Counted from the stretch's first letter, positions 17,837 to 26,868 are shown. The stretch is DNA of 64,000 nucleotides from an uncultured archaeon (GCA_964512235.1 CAZEGD010000001.1:106874-170873); one strand, 5' to 3'. Translations and numbers: made by a program. Notes: generated by a model from the sequence alone, not told the origin.

Positions 17837-17931
17837 AGCTCGGGAGGGGATTTGAACCCCTAATCTCTCGCTCTGCAGGCGATTCTGCTCAGATTTCTCT
17901 GATGCGCATTGCCAGATTCTGCCACCCGAGC
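17837..17931 (-). tRNA. tRNA-Cys(GCA) with a putative 21-nt non-canonical intron in the 5' side of the anticodon stem
   Basis: Read on the minus strand. Acceptor GCTCGGG/CCCGAGC, T-arm AGGGG-TTCAAAT-CCCCT, anticodon loop CTGCAGA. Removing ATCAGAGAAATCTGAGCAGAA restores the stem CTCGC/GCGAG and a 74-nt tRNA. Confidence 0.75.
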
Positions 17932-18049
17932 GTAATGCTTATTTATATAATTCTTTATTTTTATCCTTTTTCTAGGTATCATAATAAAGGTAAAATAGAA
18001 ACTAGAAGATATTTTTATAGTCGAAAATGACTAATTCCAAATTAGGAGG

Positions 18050-18361
18050 ATGTTCATGGGAATAATAAAGGAATTTAAAGAATTTCTGAAGGAGTACAAA
18101 GTCATGGCGTTGGCGATTGCATTCATTGTGGGCATAGCAATCACATCATTAGTACAGTCGCTTGTAAATGACATAGTCATGCCAATGATTACACCGTTTA
18201 TACCTGGTGGTGAGTGGCAAACAGCGACATTTGCAATCGGTCCGATAGTGATCAAATGGGGCTCATTCTTGAGCGCATTGATAAACTTTGTAATTATTGT
18301 ATTCGTAATATTCATGATTGCAAAGATTGTACTCAAAGAAGAGAAGGTTAAAAAGAAGTAA
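18050..18361 (+). CDS. mscL: large-conductance mechanosensitive channel MscL
   Basis: 103 aa. IKEFKEFL..YKVMALAIAFIVG.A and two TM helices fit the MscL pattern. Confidence 0.85.
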   Translation: MFMGIIKEFKEFLKEYKVMALAIAFIVGIAITSLVQSLVNDIVMPMITPFIPGGEWQTATFAIGPIVIKWGSFLSALINFVIIVFVIFMIAKIVLKEEKVKKK

Positions 18362-18372
18362 ATTTTTACTTC

Positions 18373-19323
18373 TTAATCAAATATCTTTGTGCCTAGGTAT
18401 CTCTGTCCGCTGTCAGGCAGCACTGTTGCAACGATTTTGCCATTGCCTAGCCGCTTTGCCTCTTTCAATGCAACATAGATGTTAGCACCTGAACTGGGAC
18501 CTACAAACAGACCTTCCTTCTTAGCCAGCTGCTTGGCTGTGCGAATCGCATCTTTGTCGCTTACTAAGACAACTTCATCTATTAGACGCATATTATCTTC
18601 AAGCAGTTTTGGTACAAACCCCTCGCCAATTCCTTCTATCTTATGTCCGATGCCTTTGACTTTTGGAGCTGGCTTACCATAGAATTTACAATACAGCGTC
18701 GGTGACTTCTCAGGCTCTACCGCAACAATCTTAGCTCTTATCCTTGCCTTCTTCAAGGTCCTTGTCACTCCTATCAATGTACCGCCCGTGCCTATGCTTG
18801 CGACAAATGAATCCACGCGGTTGTGCATAGCTTTCAAAATATCCCCACCGGTTATGAGTTCATGTGCCCGTATGTTATCCGGATTCTCAAATTGGTTTAC
18901 AAAGAAAGCACGTTTTATTTTGGCAATTTTCTTGCCTCTCTTAACTACTCCCTTTATGCCCATCTTTTCAGGTACTAGAATCACTCTCGCACCCAGCAGT
19001 TCGAGCATCTTCTTTTTGTTCTTCTTAATCGTTGTCTTCGGCATTACGATTACTGCCTTATAACCCTTTATCGCAGCAATCATTGCAACTGATATACCAG
19101 TATTGCCGGTGGTTGCTTCAACAATTGTCTGGCCTTTTTTCAGCTTGCCTCTATGTTCAGCCTGTTCGATGATATAATAGACCATCTCATCCTTTATGCT
19201 GCCACTCGGGTTTAGAAACTCTGCGCTTGCGTATATGTCAGCATAGCCCTTCTTCACGAGTCTGTTGATTTTTACCAGAGGGGTGCTGCCTATAAGGCCT
19301 GAAGCATCCTTTACAATCCTCAT
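18373..19323 (-). CDS. cysK: PLP-dependent cysteine synthase / O-acetylserine sulfhydrylase family
   Basis: 316 aa. NPSGSIKD (Lys-PLP site), TTGNTGISVA, GTGGTL, SSGAN. Confidence 0.85.
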   Translation of the reverse strand: MRIVKDASGLIGSTPLVKINRLVKKGYADIYASAEFLNPSGSIKDEMVYYIIEQAEHRGKLKKGQTIVEATTGNTGISVAMIAAIKGYKAVIVMPKTTIKKNKKKMLELLGARVILVPEKMGIKGVVKRGKKIAKIKRAFFVNQFENPDNIRAHELITGGDILKAMHNRVDSFVASIGTGGTLIGVTRTLKKARIRAKIVAVEPEKSPTLYCKFYGKPAPKVKGIGHKIEGIGEGFVPKLLEDNMRLIDEVVLVSDKDAIRTAKQLAKKEGLFVGPSSGANIYVALKEAKRLGNGKIVATVLPDSGQRYLGTKIFD

Positions 19324-19361
19324 ATTTAGAATTTGTGAAAGGTTAGATTTAATTATCGGAT

Positions 19362-19610
19362 TTACTTCTTCTTTTTCTTCTTCAGTTTCAGCAGCTTAAT
19401 CCCATAACCGCAATTGCTGCACTTGACTAGAAACTTTTTCTTCGTGCCTTTTCCCGTCACTAATGGTTCTTGCCACGCTTCCTTTCTGCGCTCATTAAAG
19501 CCGCACTTAGGGCATGTATATTCCACAAGCGCATCAGACTCTTCCTTCAATTTTACAATTCTTACTTTCCCAGGATCCAGCTCTCGTGTAGTTATGAATT
19601 CAATTGCCAT
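19362..19610 (-). CDS. zinc-ribbon protein, 82 aa, K-rich tail
   Basis: CPKCG...CSNCG. Its ATG overlaps the eL40 stop (TAATG). Confidence 0.5.
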   Translation of the reverse strand: MAIEFITTRELDPGKVRIVKLKEESDALVEYTCPKCGFNERRKEAWQEPLVTGKGTKKKFLVKCSNCGYGIKLLKLKKKKKK

Positions 19611-19786
19611 TACTTAGCACCAGGTCTCTTCTTCGGTCTTAGTGCACGGCTACCACATTTCCTACACTTCACCTTCCCCTCTCTCACTTTTCTAGGATCG
19701 GCACGTATTTTGCTCTTACATACTTTGCAGACAAATACTCGATTGAACAGCCTCTGCATCGCTTCTGGAAATGTTTTCTTTGCCAT
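19610..19786 (-). CDS. rpl40e: 50S ribosomal protein eL40
   Basis: Hand-translated 58-aa ORF, below the track cutoff: MAKKTFPEAMQRLFNRVFVCKVCKSKIRADPRKVREGKVKCRKCGSRALRPKKRPGAK. Confidence 0.85.
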   Translation of the reverse strand: MAKKTFPEAMQRLFNRVFVCKVCKSKIRADPRKVREGKVKCRKCGSRALRPKKRPGAK

Positions 19787-19878
19787 AACCTACACCTTCT
19801 GACTGCAACCTTCAGTATTATTTTTCTATTGGTTAAACTTAAATATTAACTTCAGGCTCAAATTAATTGTTGGTAATT

Positions 19879-20466
19879 ATGAAGAAGGAAGTCCGCATAG
19901 TTGGATTTGACGATGGTCCTTTTGAATTTGGTGATGGAAGTAAGAATAAGACTGTTCCTTTAATTGGCGTAATCTACCGGGGTGGTGAATTCATAGACGG
20001 GGCGTTGAGAACGGATGTAATAGTAGATGGTATGGATGCGACTGACAAGATTGTCAAGCTTATCAATCAATCCAGGCACAAAAGGCAGCTAAGGGTGATT
20101 ATGTTCGATGGCATCACAGTTGGCGGCTTCAATGTCATTGATATCAAAAAAGTGCATGAGCTTACTAATCTGCCTGTGATTGCAATAAATAGGAAGATGC
20201 CTGACATTGCTTCTGTGAAAGCTGCGCTGAGAAAGTTCAAGGATTTTCGCAAGCGTTGGAAAGTAGTTAAGAAAGCTGGAGAGATAAAAAAGAGTAAGCT
20301 TAAAAAGGGTGAAATTGTATACTATCAAAACATAGGAATGGAGGATGAGGATGCAGAGGATGTGATAAGTCTCAGCTGCACGCATGGCTTCATACCAGAG
20401 CCGTTACGTGTAGCGCATCTGATTGCAACAGCAATAGTAAAGGGTGAGAGTGTTGGCAGGGCGTAG
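19879..20466 (+). CDS. DUF99/UPF0215 family protein (EndoV-like fold)
   Basis: VRIVGFDDGPF..., IGVIYRGG.FIDG, GGFNVID. ATG at 19879 preferred over the upstream TTG. Confidence 0.7.
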   Translation: MKKEVRIVGFDDGPFEFGDGSKNKTVPLIGVIYRGGEFIDGALRTDVIVDGMDATDKIVKLINQSRHKRQLRVIMFDGITVGGFNVIDIKKVHELTNLPVIAINRKMPDIASVKAALRKFKDFRKRWKVVKKAGEIKKSKLKKGEIVYYQNIGMEDEDAEDVISLSCTHGFIPEPLRVAHLIATAIVKGESVGRA

Positions 20467-21049
20467 AAAAGAAGAGAAGTATAGAACTGTTAGACTTAGA
20501 GCTAAGACTCGAAGCAAGCGTACGGATTTTGATAGAATAAAGAAATTGCTCAACGAGGGTTGGACGGGCATGCTCTTCTATTCTGTTCTCGGCATAGCTT
20601 TTGCATTTTTATTCAGTCAGGGACTGGCATTTGCACTAAGCACGGACACTCCAGTAGTTGCAGTGTTGACATCGTCGATGCAACACAACAATGCTGAGCA
20701 GACCTACTATGGATGGCTTGAAAGCAGAGGATATGAAAGATCAGACATAAACTCGTGGTCAATACCTACGGGATTTCTTATAGGTGACATGCCCATTGTT
20801 GTCGGGGATGACAACTATAAAGTTGGTGATGTAATCGTCTATTCAGTTCCGCAAGAAAGCTATCCAATAATCCATAGGATAATAAAGATCAATCCCGATG
20901 GTACATACCAGACAAAAGGAGATAACAATCTGCAGCAATATAGATATGAGCTCAGCGTAAAAAAAGAGCAGATACATGGCAAAGTGGTCTTTGTCTTTCC
21001 GAAGCTTGGATACTTTAAAGTCTTTGCCACACAGGTCTTTGGAATTTAA
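20444..21049 (+). CDS. signal peptidase I, archaeal Sec11/S26B type
   Basis: One TM helix, then VLTSSM (Ser), GDVIVY, IIHRII (His) and TKGDNN. Start uncertain: the GTG at 20444 overlaps the upstream gene. Confidence 0.7.
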   Translation: MRVLAGRRKEEKYRTVRLRAKTRSKRTDFDRIKKLLNEGWTGMLFYSVLGIAFAFLFSQGLAFALSTDTPVVAVLTSSMQHNNAEQTYYGWLESRGYERSDINSWSIPTGFLIGDMPIVVGDDNYKVGDVIVYSVPQESYPIIHRIIKINPDGTYQTKGDNNLQQYRYELSVKKEQIHGKVVFVFPKLGYFKVFATQVFGI

Positions 21050-21128
21050 AGGATTTTAAGTTCAATTTCCCAAAAATGAAAGCTTTAAAGGCTGCAGGGT
21101 TCAATATATTTGGTAAAGTTTGTGGGTA

Positions 21129-21464
21129 ATGAAAATGGAATTCTGTAACAAATGTGGAAACATTATGATTGTTAAGAAAGGTCGTAAGGTCACTTATCTC
21201 GTATGCAGGAAATGCGGTAGGAAGAAGAAAGTTAAAAAAGAGGAGGTTCTTCTCAGCGAGAAGCTTGCGGATAAGAAGAAAGAAATAGTCGTAATGGGCA
21301 AGGGGGAGGAACTTGCAGAGCTGCCGAAGACGAAGATAATGTGCCCGAAATGTGAGAATGTGGAAGCATACTGGTGGATGCAACAGACGCGTGCAGCTGA
21401 CGAACCGCCTACTCTATTCTACAGATGCACAAAATGCAGTTACAGCTGGAGAAGCTACGGTTGA
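21129..21464 (+). CDS. tfs: transcription factor S (TFS / RpoM-like)
   Basis: N-terminal CNKCG..CRKCG ribbon. C-terminal CPKC...QTRAADEPPTLFYRC.KC..SW TFIIS-type ribbon. Confidence 0.9.
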   Translation: MKMEFCNKCGNIMIVKKGRKVTYLVCRKCGRKKKVKKEEVLLSEKLADKKKEIVVMGKGEELAELPKTKIMCPKCENVEAYWWMQQTRAADEPPTLFYRCTKCSYSWRSYG

Positions 21465-21514
21465 CTGAGAGTGCAGACTTAAATTCCTTTAACCTCAATT
21501 TATTTTGAAGGTCT

Positions 21515-21835
21515 ATGCCAGCTATTCACTATATACCAAGGAAGATTTCTCAAATAGAGAAAACAGATACAAATATTGCTGTAACTGGCAAAGTCATAGA
21601 GAGCAAGGAAAACTCGTTCATACTGGACGATGATACAGGGAAAATAGAGATACTCATGCAAATGGAAGGTATGGAAAGCTTGAAGGATGTAAATGTAGAC
21701 GAAGATGACTTTGTGCGTGCTTTTTGTACCATAATTGGTACGCAGCTTAAAGCAGATGTGGTGCAGAGTCTGAAAGGCTTGGACGTAGAGCAGCTTAAAA
21801 AGATTGAAGAGTTATATAATAAAGCAGGTGTGTAA
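21515..21835 (+). CDS. OB-fold protein (small RPA-like / nucleic-acid-binding)
   Basis: 106 aa. IAVTGKVIESKENSFILDDDTGKIEI is a typical OB-fold start. Its stop lies 1 nt before the PCNA ATG. Confidence 0.45.
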   Translation: MPAIHYIPRKISQIEKTDTNIAVTGKVIESKENSFILDDDTGKIEILMQMEGMESLKDVNVDEDDFVRAFCTIIGTQLKADVVQSLKGLDVEQLKKIEELYNKAGV

Positions 21836-21836
21836 G

Positions 21837-22589
21837 ATGTTCACAGCAACGCTAAGTGACGTATCGCTATTGAGAGATTCTATATCATCAATTGGCGAGC
21901 TCATAGACGAAGCGCAATTCAAGATAACTAAAGACGGTATAAGTCTGCTCGCGTCAGACCGTGCGATGGTTGCTGTTGTAGATTTCCATATTTCTTCAAA
22001 GGCTTTTGAAAAATACGAAGTTGATGCTGACCAGACAGTGGGTTTGAACATAACGAATTTGATGATCGTTTTGAAGCGTGCCGGTGGAAGCGATAAGCTG
22101 ACGTTGAACCTGAAGGGGAGCAAACTTGAAGTGATAATAGAAGGTGAATCGCGCCGTCGATTTGTAGTGCCGATTATAGAGATGAGGAAAGAGGAAATAC
22201 CGCCGATAGACCAATTGGAGTTCACATCCAAAGTGAAGATTAAACCGCGCATACTGCAAGATGGCATAGATGATGCGGAGATAATCGGTGATTCTGTAAT
22301 TTTTGATGTCAGTCAGAACCGGTTTGGCATGCTTGCTGAAGGCGATGTGAGCATGGCCGAGCTTGAGTTGGAGAGGGGTAATGAAGCTTTGATGGAGCTT
22401 TCTACAGGAGACGGTAATGTACGTGCGCGCTATGCACTTGACTATCTGAAGAAGATGGTGAAAGCTGCAAAGATTGCAGATACCGTAAGCATAGAATACG
22501 GGCAAGACTATCCGATGAGGATGAGCTTTACTGCAGGTGACAAACTTAAGCTGAACTTTGTTATCGCACCGCGCGTAACTGAGGATTAA
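21837..22589 (+). CDS. pcn: DNA polymerase sliding clamp PCNA
   Basis: 250 aa from MFTATLSDVSLLRDSISSIGELIDEA. Has the typical PCNA N-terminus and length. Internal ATG chosen over the track start. Confidence 0.9.
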   Translation: MFTATLSDVSLLRDSISSIGELIDEAQFKITKDGISLLASDRAMVAVVDFHISSKAFEKYEVDADQTVGLNITNLMIVLKRAGGSDKLTLNLKGSKLEVIIEGESRRRFVVPIIEMRKEEIPPIDQLEFTSKVKIKPRILQDGIDDAEIIGDSVIFDVSQNRFGMLAEGDVSMAELELERGNEALMELSTGDGNVRARYALDYLKKMVKAAKIADTVSIEYGQDYPMRMSFTAGDKLKLNFVIAPRVTED

Positions 22590-22635
22590 ATAAAGAAAAA
22601 TAAAAAAGGTGGAAAGTCTTCCTTTTACTTGTTTT

Positions 22636-22965
22636 CTATTTCTTTCCCATTTGCCATACGGCTTTCAGCGCTACTATCACCGCGGCTGGAGCAACGAAGG
22701 TTGAAATGTTACCCAGTGTCAACCCCACAGTGTCTCCTATCATTGGAAGCCTTTCAAGACCCGCAGCTCCTACCATCAGTAGTGCTATTACCGCTAGCAA
22801 GAAAGCTGAGACTTCTTTTTGAGTGATATTCAATAGGCCTACTACGATGCCCATGAGCACCAGCAAGAATGTAACCATATCTGCATATGTACCTACAAAT
22901 GCACCTACTATTGCTATTACTATTCCTAGCATGAAAGCCCATTGGCCCATCTTATTTCTTTTCAT
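22636..22965 (-). CDS. small polytopic membrane protein
   Basis: 109 aa with three or four hydrophobic helices. No family recognised. Confidence 0.5.
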   Translation of the reverse strand: MKRNKMGQWAFMLGIVIAIVGAFVGTYADMVTFLLVLMGIVVGLLNITQKEVSAFLLAVIALLMVGAAGLERLPMIGDTVGLTLGNISTFVAPAAVIVALKAVWQMGKK

Positions 22966-23030
22966 TTTTACACCTTTAATTAAAAATTTGCAGAAGTTGG
23001 CTTATAAATTTCGATTTATGTCCGTTAATC

Positions 23031-23198
23031 TTAGAATTTGAAAATGAAAAACACTATGGAGAGTCCTATGAATGCAGCAGATAGGATGATTGCAATCTCT
23101 GACAAAGGAACGCCCATGATTACATCGCGAAGAACTTCTATTGATAGTGCCAGACCGATGAAGAATCGTATATAGCTCCCTATCCTTGCCATATCCAT
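23031..23198 (-). CDS. possible 55-aa membrane peptide
   Basis: Hand-found ORF MDMARIGSYIRFFIGLALSIEVLRDVIMGVPLSEIAIILSAAFIGLSIVFFIFKF. Confidence 0.2.
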   Translation of the reverse strand: MDMARIGSYIRFFIGLALSIEVLRDVIMGVPLSEIAIILSAAFIGLSIVFFIFKF

Positions 23199-23240
23199 TT
23201 ATTTAATTCTTTAGTATAATAAATCCATTAATAGAATGTA

Positions 23241-23344
23241 GCCGAGGTGGCAGAATCTGGTTAATGCGCACGGCTGGAAACTATTTACTTAGACAAGAAC
23301 CGTGTGGGCTTCGGCCCGTCTGGGTTCAAATCCCAGCCTCGGCG
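23241..23344 (+). tRNA. tRNA-Ser(GGA) with a canonical 37/38 intron (about 19 nt, 23280-23298)
   Basis: Acceptor GCCGAGG/CCTCGGC, anticodon stem CACGG/CCGTG, loop CTGGAA..A, long variable arm TGGGCTTCGGCCCGT, T-arm CTGGG-TTCAAAT-CCCAG. Confidence 0.85.
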
Positions 23345-23351
23345 TAAGGAT

Positions 23352-24059
23352 TTAGACAACTGTTGAGAAGTATAAAATCCCGACTATTCCCACAAAGTTG
23401 CACAGGAATGAGAAGATGATGAATTTCCTCGTCTTCTGGTTCGTCATACCCAGCAAAGCAATCCCGAGCTCGTCCGGCAACGGCGATGCAATCATCAGGC
23501 CGGTTATAACCCATATTGCCGCTCTCCAAATCTTTGAACGCCTGGCTTTAATCATGAATATCCTGAACCTCTTTGAAAGCACCAGATTGGAGAACGGGAA
23601 CAGCTTGTAAAAGATTGAATTTTCGAAGATGTAGCTGGTCTTGCTGTTAATCTGGCCCAAGAGTAGCCTTATCTCCTTTGCCAACTTTTCCTTTGCAAAC
23701 TTGAAAATTGCATAATCGCCGATGACTGTCCCGACCGCTCCTATCAGCCCTATGGTGATTGGGCTGTATTTCTTGCTGAGTGCGTAGAAGATTGCCATGG
23801 AAGGCGCGACTGACAGGCTAAACGGGTAAAGCATCCCTGCAAAGAAAGGCCCGAATATGCCAAAATTGCCAATGCTTGAAATCAAACTTTCCAAATATGC
23901 TGTCCTCAGCATAAAGTAGGCAATTAGGAGGCTGACCAAGAGTAGCATCAAATTCCTGTACTTCCACTGTGCTTCCCTGAGCGGCTTCATCAGCCTTCTC
24001 ATCTGCCTTTCCCTCTGCCTTTCTACATAGGAATACTTTTTCATTCTCCACCTTCCCAA
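23352..24059 (-). CDS. polytopic membrane protein, function unknown
   Basis: 235 aa with several TM helices. SPLPDELGIALLG is a re-entrant-like motif, weakly VTT/DedA-like. Confidence 0.5.
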   Translation of the reverse strand: MGRWRMKKYSYVERQRERQMRRLMKPLREAQWKYRNLMLLLVSLLIAYFMLRTAYLESLISSIGNFGIFGPFFAGMLYPFSLSVAPSMAIFYALSKKYSPITIGLIGAVGTVIGDYAIFKFAKEKLAKEIRLLLGQINSKTSYIFENSIFYKLFPFSNLVLSKRFRIFMIKARRSKIWRAAIWVITGLMIASPLPDELGIALLGMTNQKTRKFIIFSFLCNFVGIVGILYFSTVV

Positions 24060-24206
24060 AAGAGTTGATTATCTTTTTGGTTAATCTGGAATTTATATCC
24101 AATTCACGCGAAATTTTTGCACTAAAGCGAGCGTATGCTCGTTACTACTTAATTAAAATAATAAATTCACATCGTTTTTAAGCCACTAAAAATCAATATT
24201 TAATCT

Positions 24207-24833
24207 ATGGTGGGAGAAGAACTATTACAACCGTTAATGATCTTCCTAAATTCAGCAATGACTTTTCTACCTAACCTAATAGCTGCAGTAATACTGCTAG
24301 TAATAGGATGGATAGTAGGTACAGTGGTCGGAAGGATAGCAAAAGAGATTCTAGTGAGATTCAAAGTCGACAAATACATATCAAAGGGTAAAACTTCGGT
24401 CAAACTAAGCGACATATTCCCGTTGATATTCGAGTGGCTAATATATCTCGTCTTCATCCAAGCAGCAGTAGACAGTCTTGGGATCACTGCCCTAGCAGAA
24501 TTCGTCAGTACACTAGTGAGTTTCATTCCAGGGCTGATTGAAGCAGTGATAGTAGTCGTAGTTGGCTACGTCCTTGCTGGGTATGTCAGGGATAATGTTG
24601 CACGCGCCAAGCTCGTATACGCTGACCTAATGAGCAAAGTGCTCTTCTGGCTAATAGTATACGTAGCTGTCGCTCTTGCTCTGCCCCTAGTTGGCATCAA
24701 CCCAACTCTAATAAACAACATCCTATTGATAGCTGTAGGGTCTGTTGGTATTGGAATAGCAATAGCACTAGGTTTGGGGCTAAAAGACGCAGTATCAGTG
24801 ATTGCAAAGAAATACGTGAAAAAAGCGAAGTAA
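24207..24833 (+). CDS. membrane protein with repeated TM-helix units (MscS-N-terminal-like)
   Basis: 208 aa. Repeated pattern LPNLIAAVILLVIGWIVG..VGRI / IPGLIEAVIVVVVGYVLAGYV. Confidence 0.5.
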   Translation: MVGEELLQPLMIFLNSAMTFLPNLIAAVILLVIGWIVGTVVGRIAKEILVRFKVDKYISKGKTSVKLSDIFPLIFEWLIYLVFIQAAVDSLGITALAEFVSTLVSFIPGLIEAVIVVVVGYVLAGYVRDNVARAKLVYADLMSKVLFWLIVYVAVALALPLVGINPTLINNILLIAVGSVGIGIAIALGLGLKDAVSVIAKKYVKKAK

Positions 24834-24949
24834 AGATCATGTTGGAAAAAGAAGAATTGGAAGATTCTTCTAGATTTTTTTATTTCTTTTTATCTTCATT
24901 TCTAGAGATTAATTTTTATTTAGTGGTAAATGATTATTAGTTATGGGGT

Positions 24950-25023
24950 GCGACTGTGGTCCAGTCTGGTTAAGACACGGGCTTCCCAAGCCCGCAACGC
25001 GGGTTCAAATCCCGCCAGTCGCA
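24950..25023 (+). tRNA. tRNA-Gly(CCC)
   Basis: Acceptor GCGACTG/CAGTCGC, anticodon arm CGGGC-TTCCCAA-GCCCG, T-arm GCGGG-TTCAAAT-CCCGC. 74 nt, no intron. Confidence 0.9.
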
Positions 25024-25101
25024 TAGTGGTAAAAAATAATATTTAAGAATATAAGAATACTACAATTCTTAATATTGTTTGGCGGTTGAGAGTGAGTAAA
25101 G

Positions 25102-25467
25102 ATGGTAAAAAGGACAGGACCTACAAATATCCATTTACGGAAGCTGATAGTGGGTCTAAAGAAGGCTGCTAAAGCGAACAAGGCATCTATATGGAAAGAT
25201 GTTGCTGAAGCGCTAGAGAGGCCTAGGAGGAAGAAGGTAGAGGTGAATCTCATAGACATAGATAGATGCGTAGAGAAAGGCAGTACAGTTGTAGTTCCGG
25301 GGACAGTACTTGCCAAAGGCAAACTCACAAAAAATGTGATAGTTGCAGCATGGCATTTCAGCTCTGCTGCAAAGGAAAAAATCAAGAAGGCTAAGAGTGA
25401 TGCTTTATCCATTGAAGAGCTGTTGAATAAGAATCCCAAAGGCAAGAAAGTAAAAATAATGGTGTGA
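25102..25467 (+). CDS. rpl18e: 50S ribosomal protein eL18
   Basis: 121 aa. N-terminus TGPTN..LRKLI. Conserved L18e-L13-S9-RpoN-RpoK block. Confidence 0.9.
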   Translation: MVKRTGPTNIHLRKLIVGLKKAAKANKASIWKDVAEALERPRRKKVEVNLIDIDRCVEKGSTVVVPGTVLAKGKLTKNVIVAAWHFSSAAKEKIKKAKSDALSIEELLNKNPKGKKVKIMV

Positions 25468-25892
25468 ATATGATAGTCTACGATGCTGATGGGCAGATAC
25501 TAGGAAGGTTATGCTCAGTCATTGCTAAGCAACTGATCAAAGGCGAGAGTGTGACAGTTGTAAACGCAGAAAAGGCTGTGATCAGTGGCAAGCCGAAGAC
25601 TACAAAAGAACAATATCTGGAAAGGGTCAGTAGAGGTGACCCGTACAAGGGACCGTTCTTTCCGAAAATGCCTGACGCTATATTCCGACGCACTGTCCGT
25701 GGCATGCTGCCTTGGCATAAGCCACGCGGGAGGGAATTTTATAGAAAATTGAAAGTTTTTATTGGTATACCTGAAGAATTAACTAAAGGGAAATTTGAAA
25801 AAGTCAGTGTAGCTGATGCGAGCAGGCTGAAGACGAAGAGTATGACGCTTGGCGAGTTGGCGCTGGCAATAGGTGCAAAGAAAAGATGGTGA
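25464..25892 (+). CDS. rpl13: 50S ribosomal protein uL13
   Basis: GTG start overlapping the L18e stop. DADGQILGRL.S.IAK.L..G. Confidence 0.95.
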   Translation: MNMIVYDADGQILGRLCSVIAKQLIKGESVTVVNAEKAVISGKPKTTKEQYLERVSRGDPYKGPFFPKMPDAIFRRTVRGMLPWHKPRGREFYRKLKVFIGIPEELTKGKFEKVSVADASRLKTKSMTLGELALAIGAKKRW

Positions 25893-26331
25893 AAGATTGG
25901 TAAAGGAAAAAAAGAAAAAACAAAAGAAGAAGTCTTTCGTGACTACGGGCAAGAGGAAGACAGCAGTGGCTCGTGTGCATATTAAAGAAGGTAGAGGTAG
26001 AGTTGCAATAAATTCCAAACCTCTAAAATTATGGGGTAATGAAGTTTTACGTTTGTGGATAAAGGAGCCGATTGTACTTGCTGGAGATGCTGTAGAAGGT
26101 CTGAACATATCTGTAAATGTCAGAGGCGGTGGGCTTGCTGGACAGGCAGAAGCTGTAAGGGTTGCAATTGCCCGCGGGCTTGTAAGATTTCTGAAGGACA
26201 AAAAGCTTAGAGAGCGTTATATTGCTTATAATAGGAATCTGCTCGTGTACGACTCTAGGCGTACGGAGCCGCATAAGCCTTCGCGCAGCCGAAAAGGTGC
26301 AAGACGGCACAAACAAAGAAGTAAGAGGTAA
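25873..26331 (+). CDS. rps9: 30S ribosomal protein uS9
   Basis: GKRKTAVARV, GGGLAGQAEAVR.AIARGL, and C-terminal KARR..QRSKR. Confidence 0.95.
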   Translation: MQRKDGERLVKEKKKKQKKKSFVTTGKRKTAVARVHIKEGRGRVAINSKPLKLWGNEVLRLWIKEPIVLAGDAVEGLNISVNVRGGGLAGQAEAVRVAIARGLVRFLKDKKLRERYIAYNRNLLVYDSRRTEPHKPSRSRKGARRHKQRSKR

Positions 26332-26392
26332 TCTCGAATAGCAAACAATAAATACAAAGGAATATTAAATTAAATCTACGGTTGGTGGTTGG

Positions 26393-26587
26393 TTGATAAT
26401 TCCAGTGCGTTGTTTTAGTTGCGGCAAAGTAATTGGTCATCTATGGGAAGATTATAAAAGAAGGATAGATAGTGGAGAGGATAGCGGAAAGGTGCTTGGT
26501 GAATTGGGTGTCAAGCGTTTCTGCTGCAGACAAACATTTTTAGGTACTTTACCACTGCTGAAAGAAGTCAGCCAGTTTAAACCGTAA
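26393..26587 (+). CDS. rpoN: DNA-directed RNA polymerase subunit N (Rpo10)
   Basis: MIIPVRCFSCGKVIG..WE.Y and RFCCR. Confidence 0.9.
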   Translation: MIIPVRCFSCGKVIGHLWEDYKRRIDSGEDSGKVLGELGVKRFCCRQTFLGTLPLLKEVSQFKP

Positions 26588-26605
26588 TTGATTAAAGGTG
26601 GAAAA

Positions 26606-26866
26606 ATGATTTGGTCGAAAGATGTGTTGACTAGATTTGAAGTCGCTAGGTTGGTTGGGGCAAGGACTCTACAGATTACTTTAGGTGCGCCTTTACTTGT
26701 GGAAGAAAGAAATATGATTTCTCCTACAGAATATGCAAAACTGGAATTCAAAAAGAGAATAATGCCTATAACGGTAAAAAGAAAGATGCCTGATGGCTCG
26801 GAAATTGTGATAAACTCCAAGCAGGCAATAGGCGACTGGCTGAAAAGACATGGGGATGAAATCTAA
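26606..26866 (+). CDS. rpoK: DNA-directed RNA polymerase subunit K (Rpo6)
   Basis: LTRFEVARLVGARTLQITLGAPLLV. The ATG at 26606 is preceded by AGGTGG. Confidence 0.8.
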   Translation: MIWSKDVLTRFEVARLVGARTLQITLGAPLLVEERNMISPTEYAKLEFKKRIMPITVKRKMPDGSEIVINSKQAIGDWLKRHGDEI

Positions 26867-26868
26867 AA

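Noticed and set aside
22636-22965. Considered this ORF (MKRNKMGQ-WAF...) as a type IV pilin-like substrate of the A24 peptidase at 4129-4992
   Set aside because: It has several TM helices along its whole length and no K/R-G cleavage motif followed by a single hydrophobic helix. No convincing pilin gene was seen in the window.
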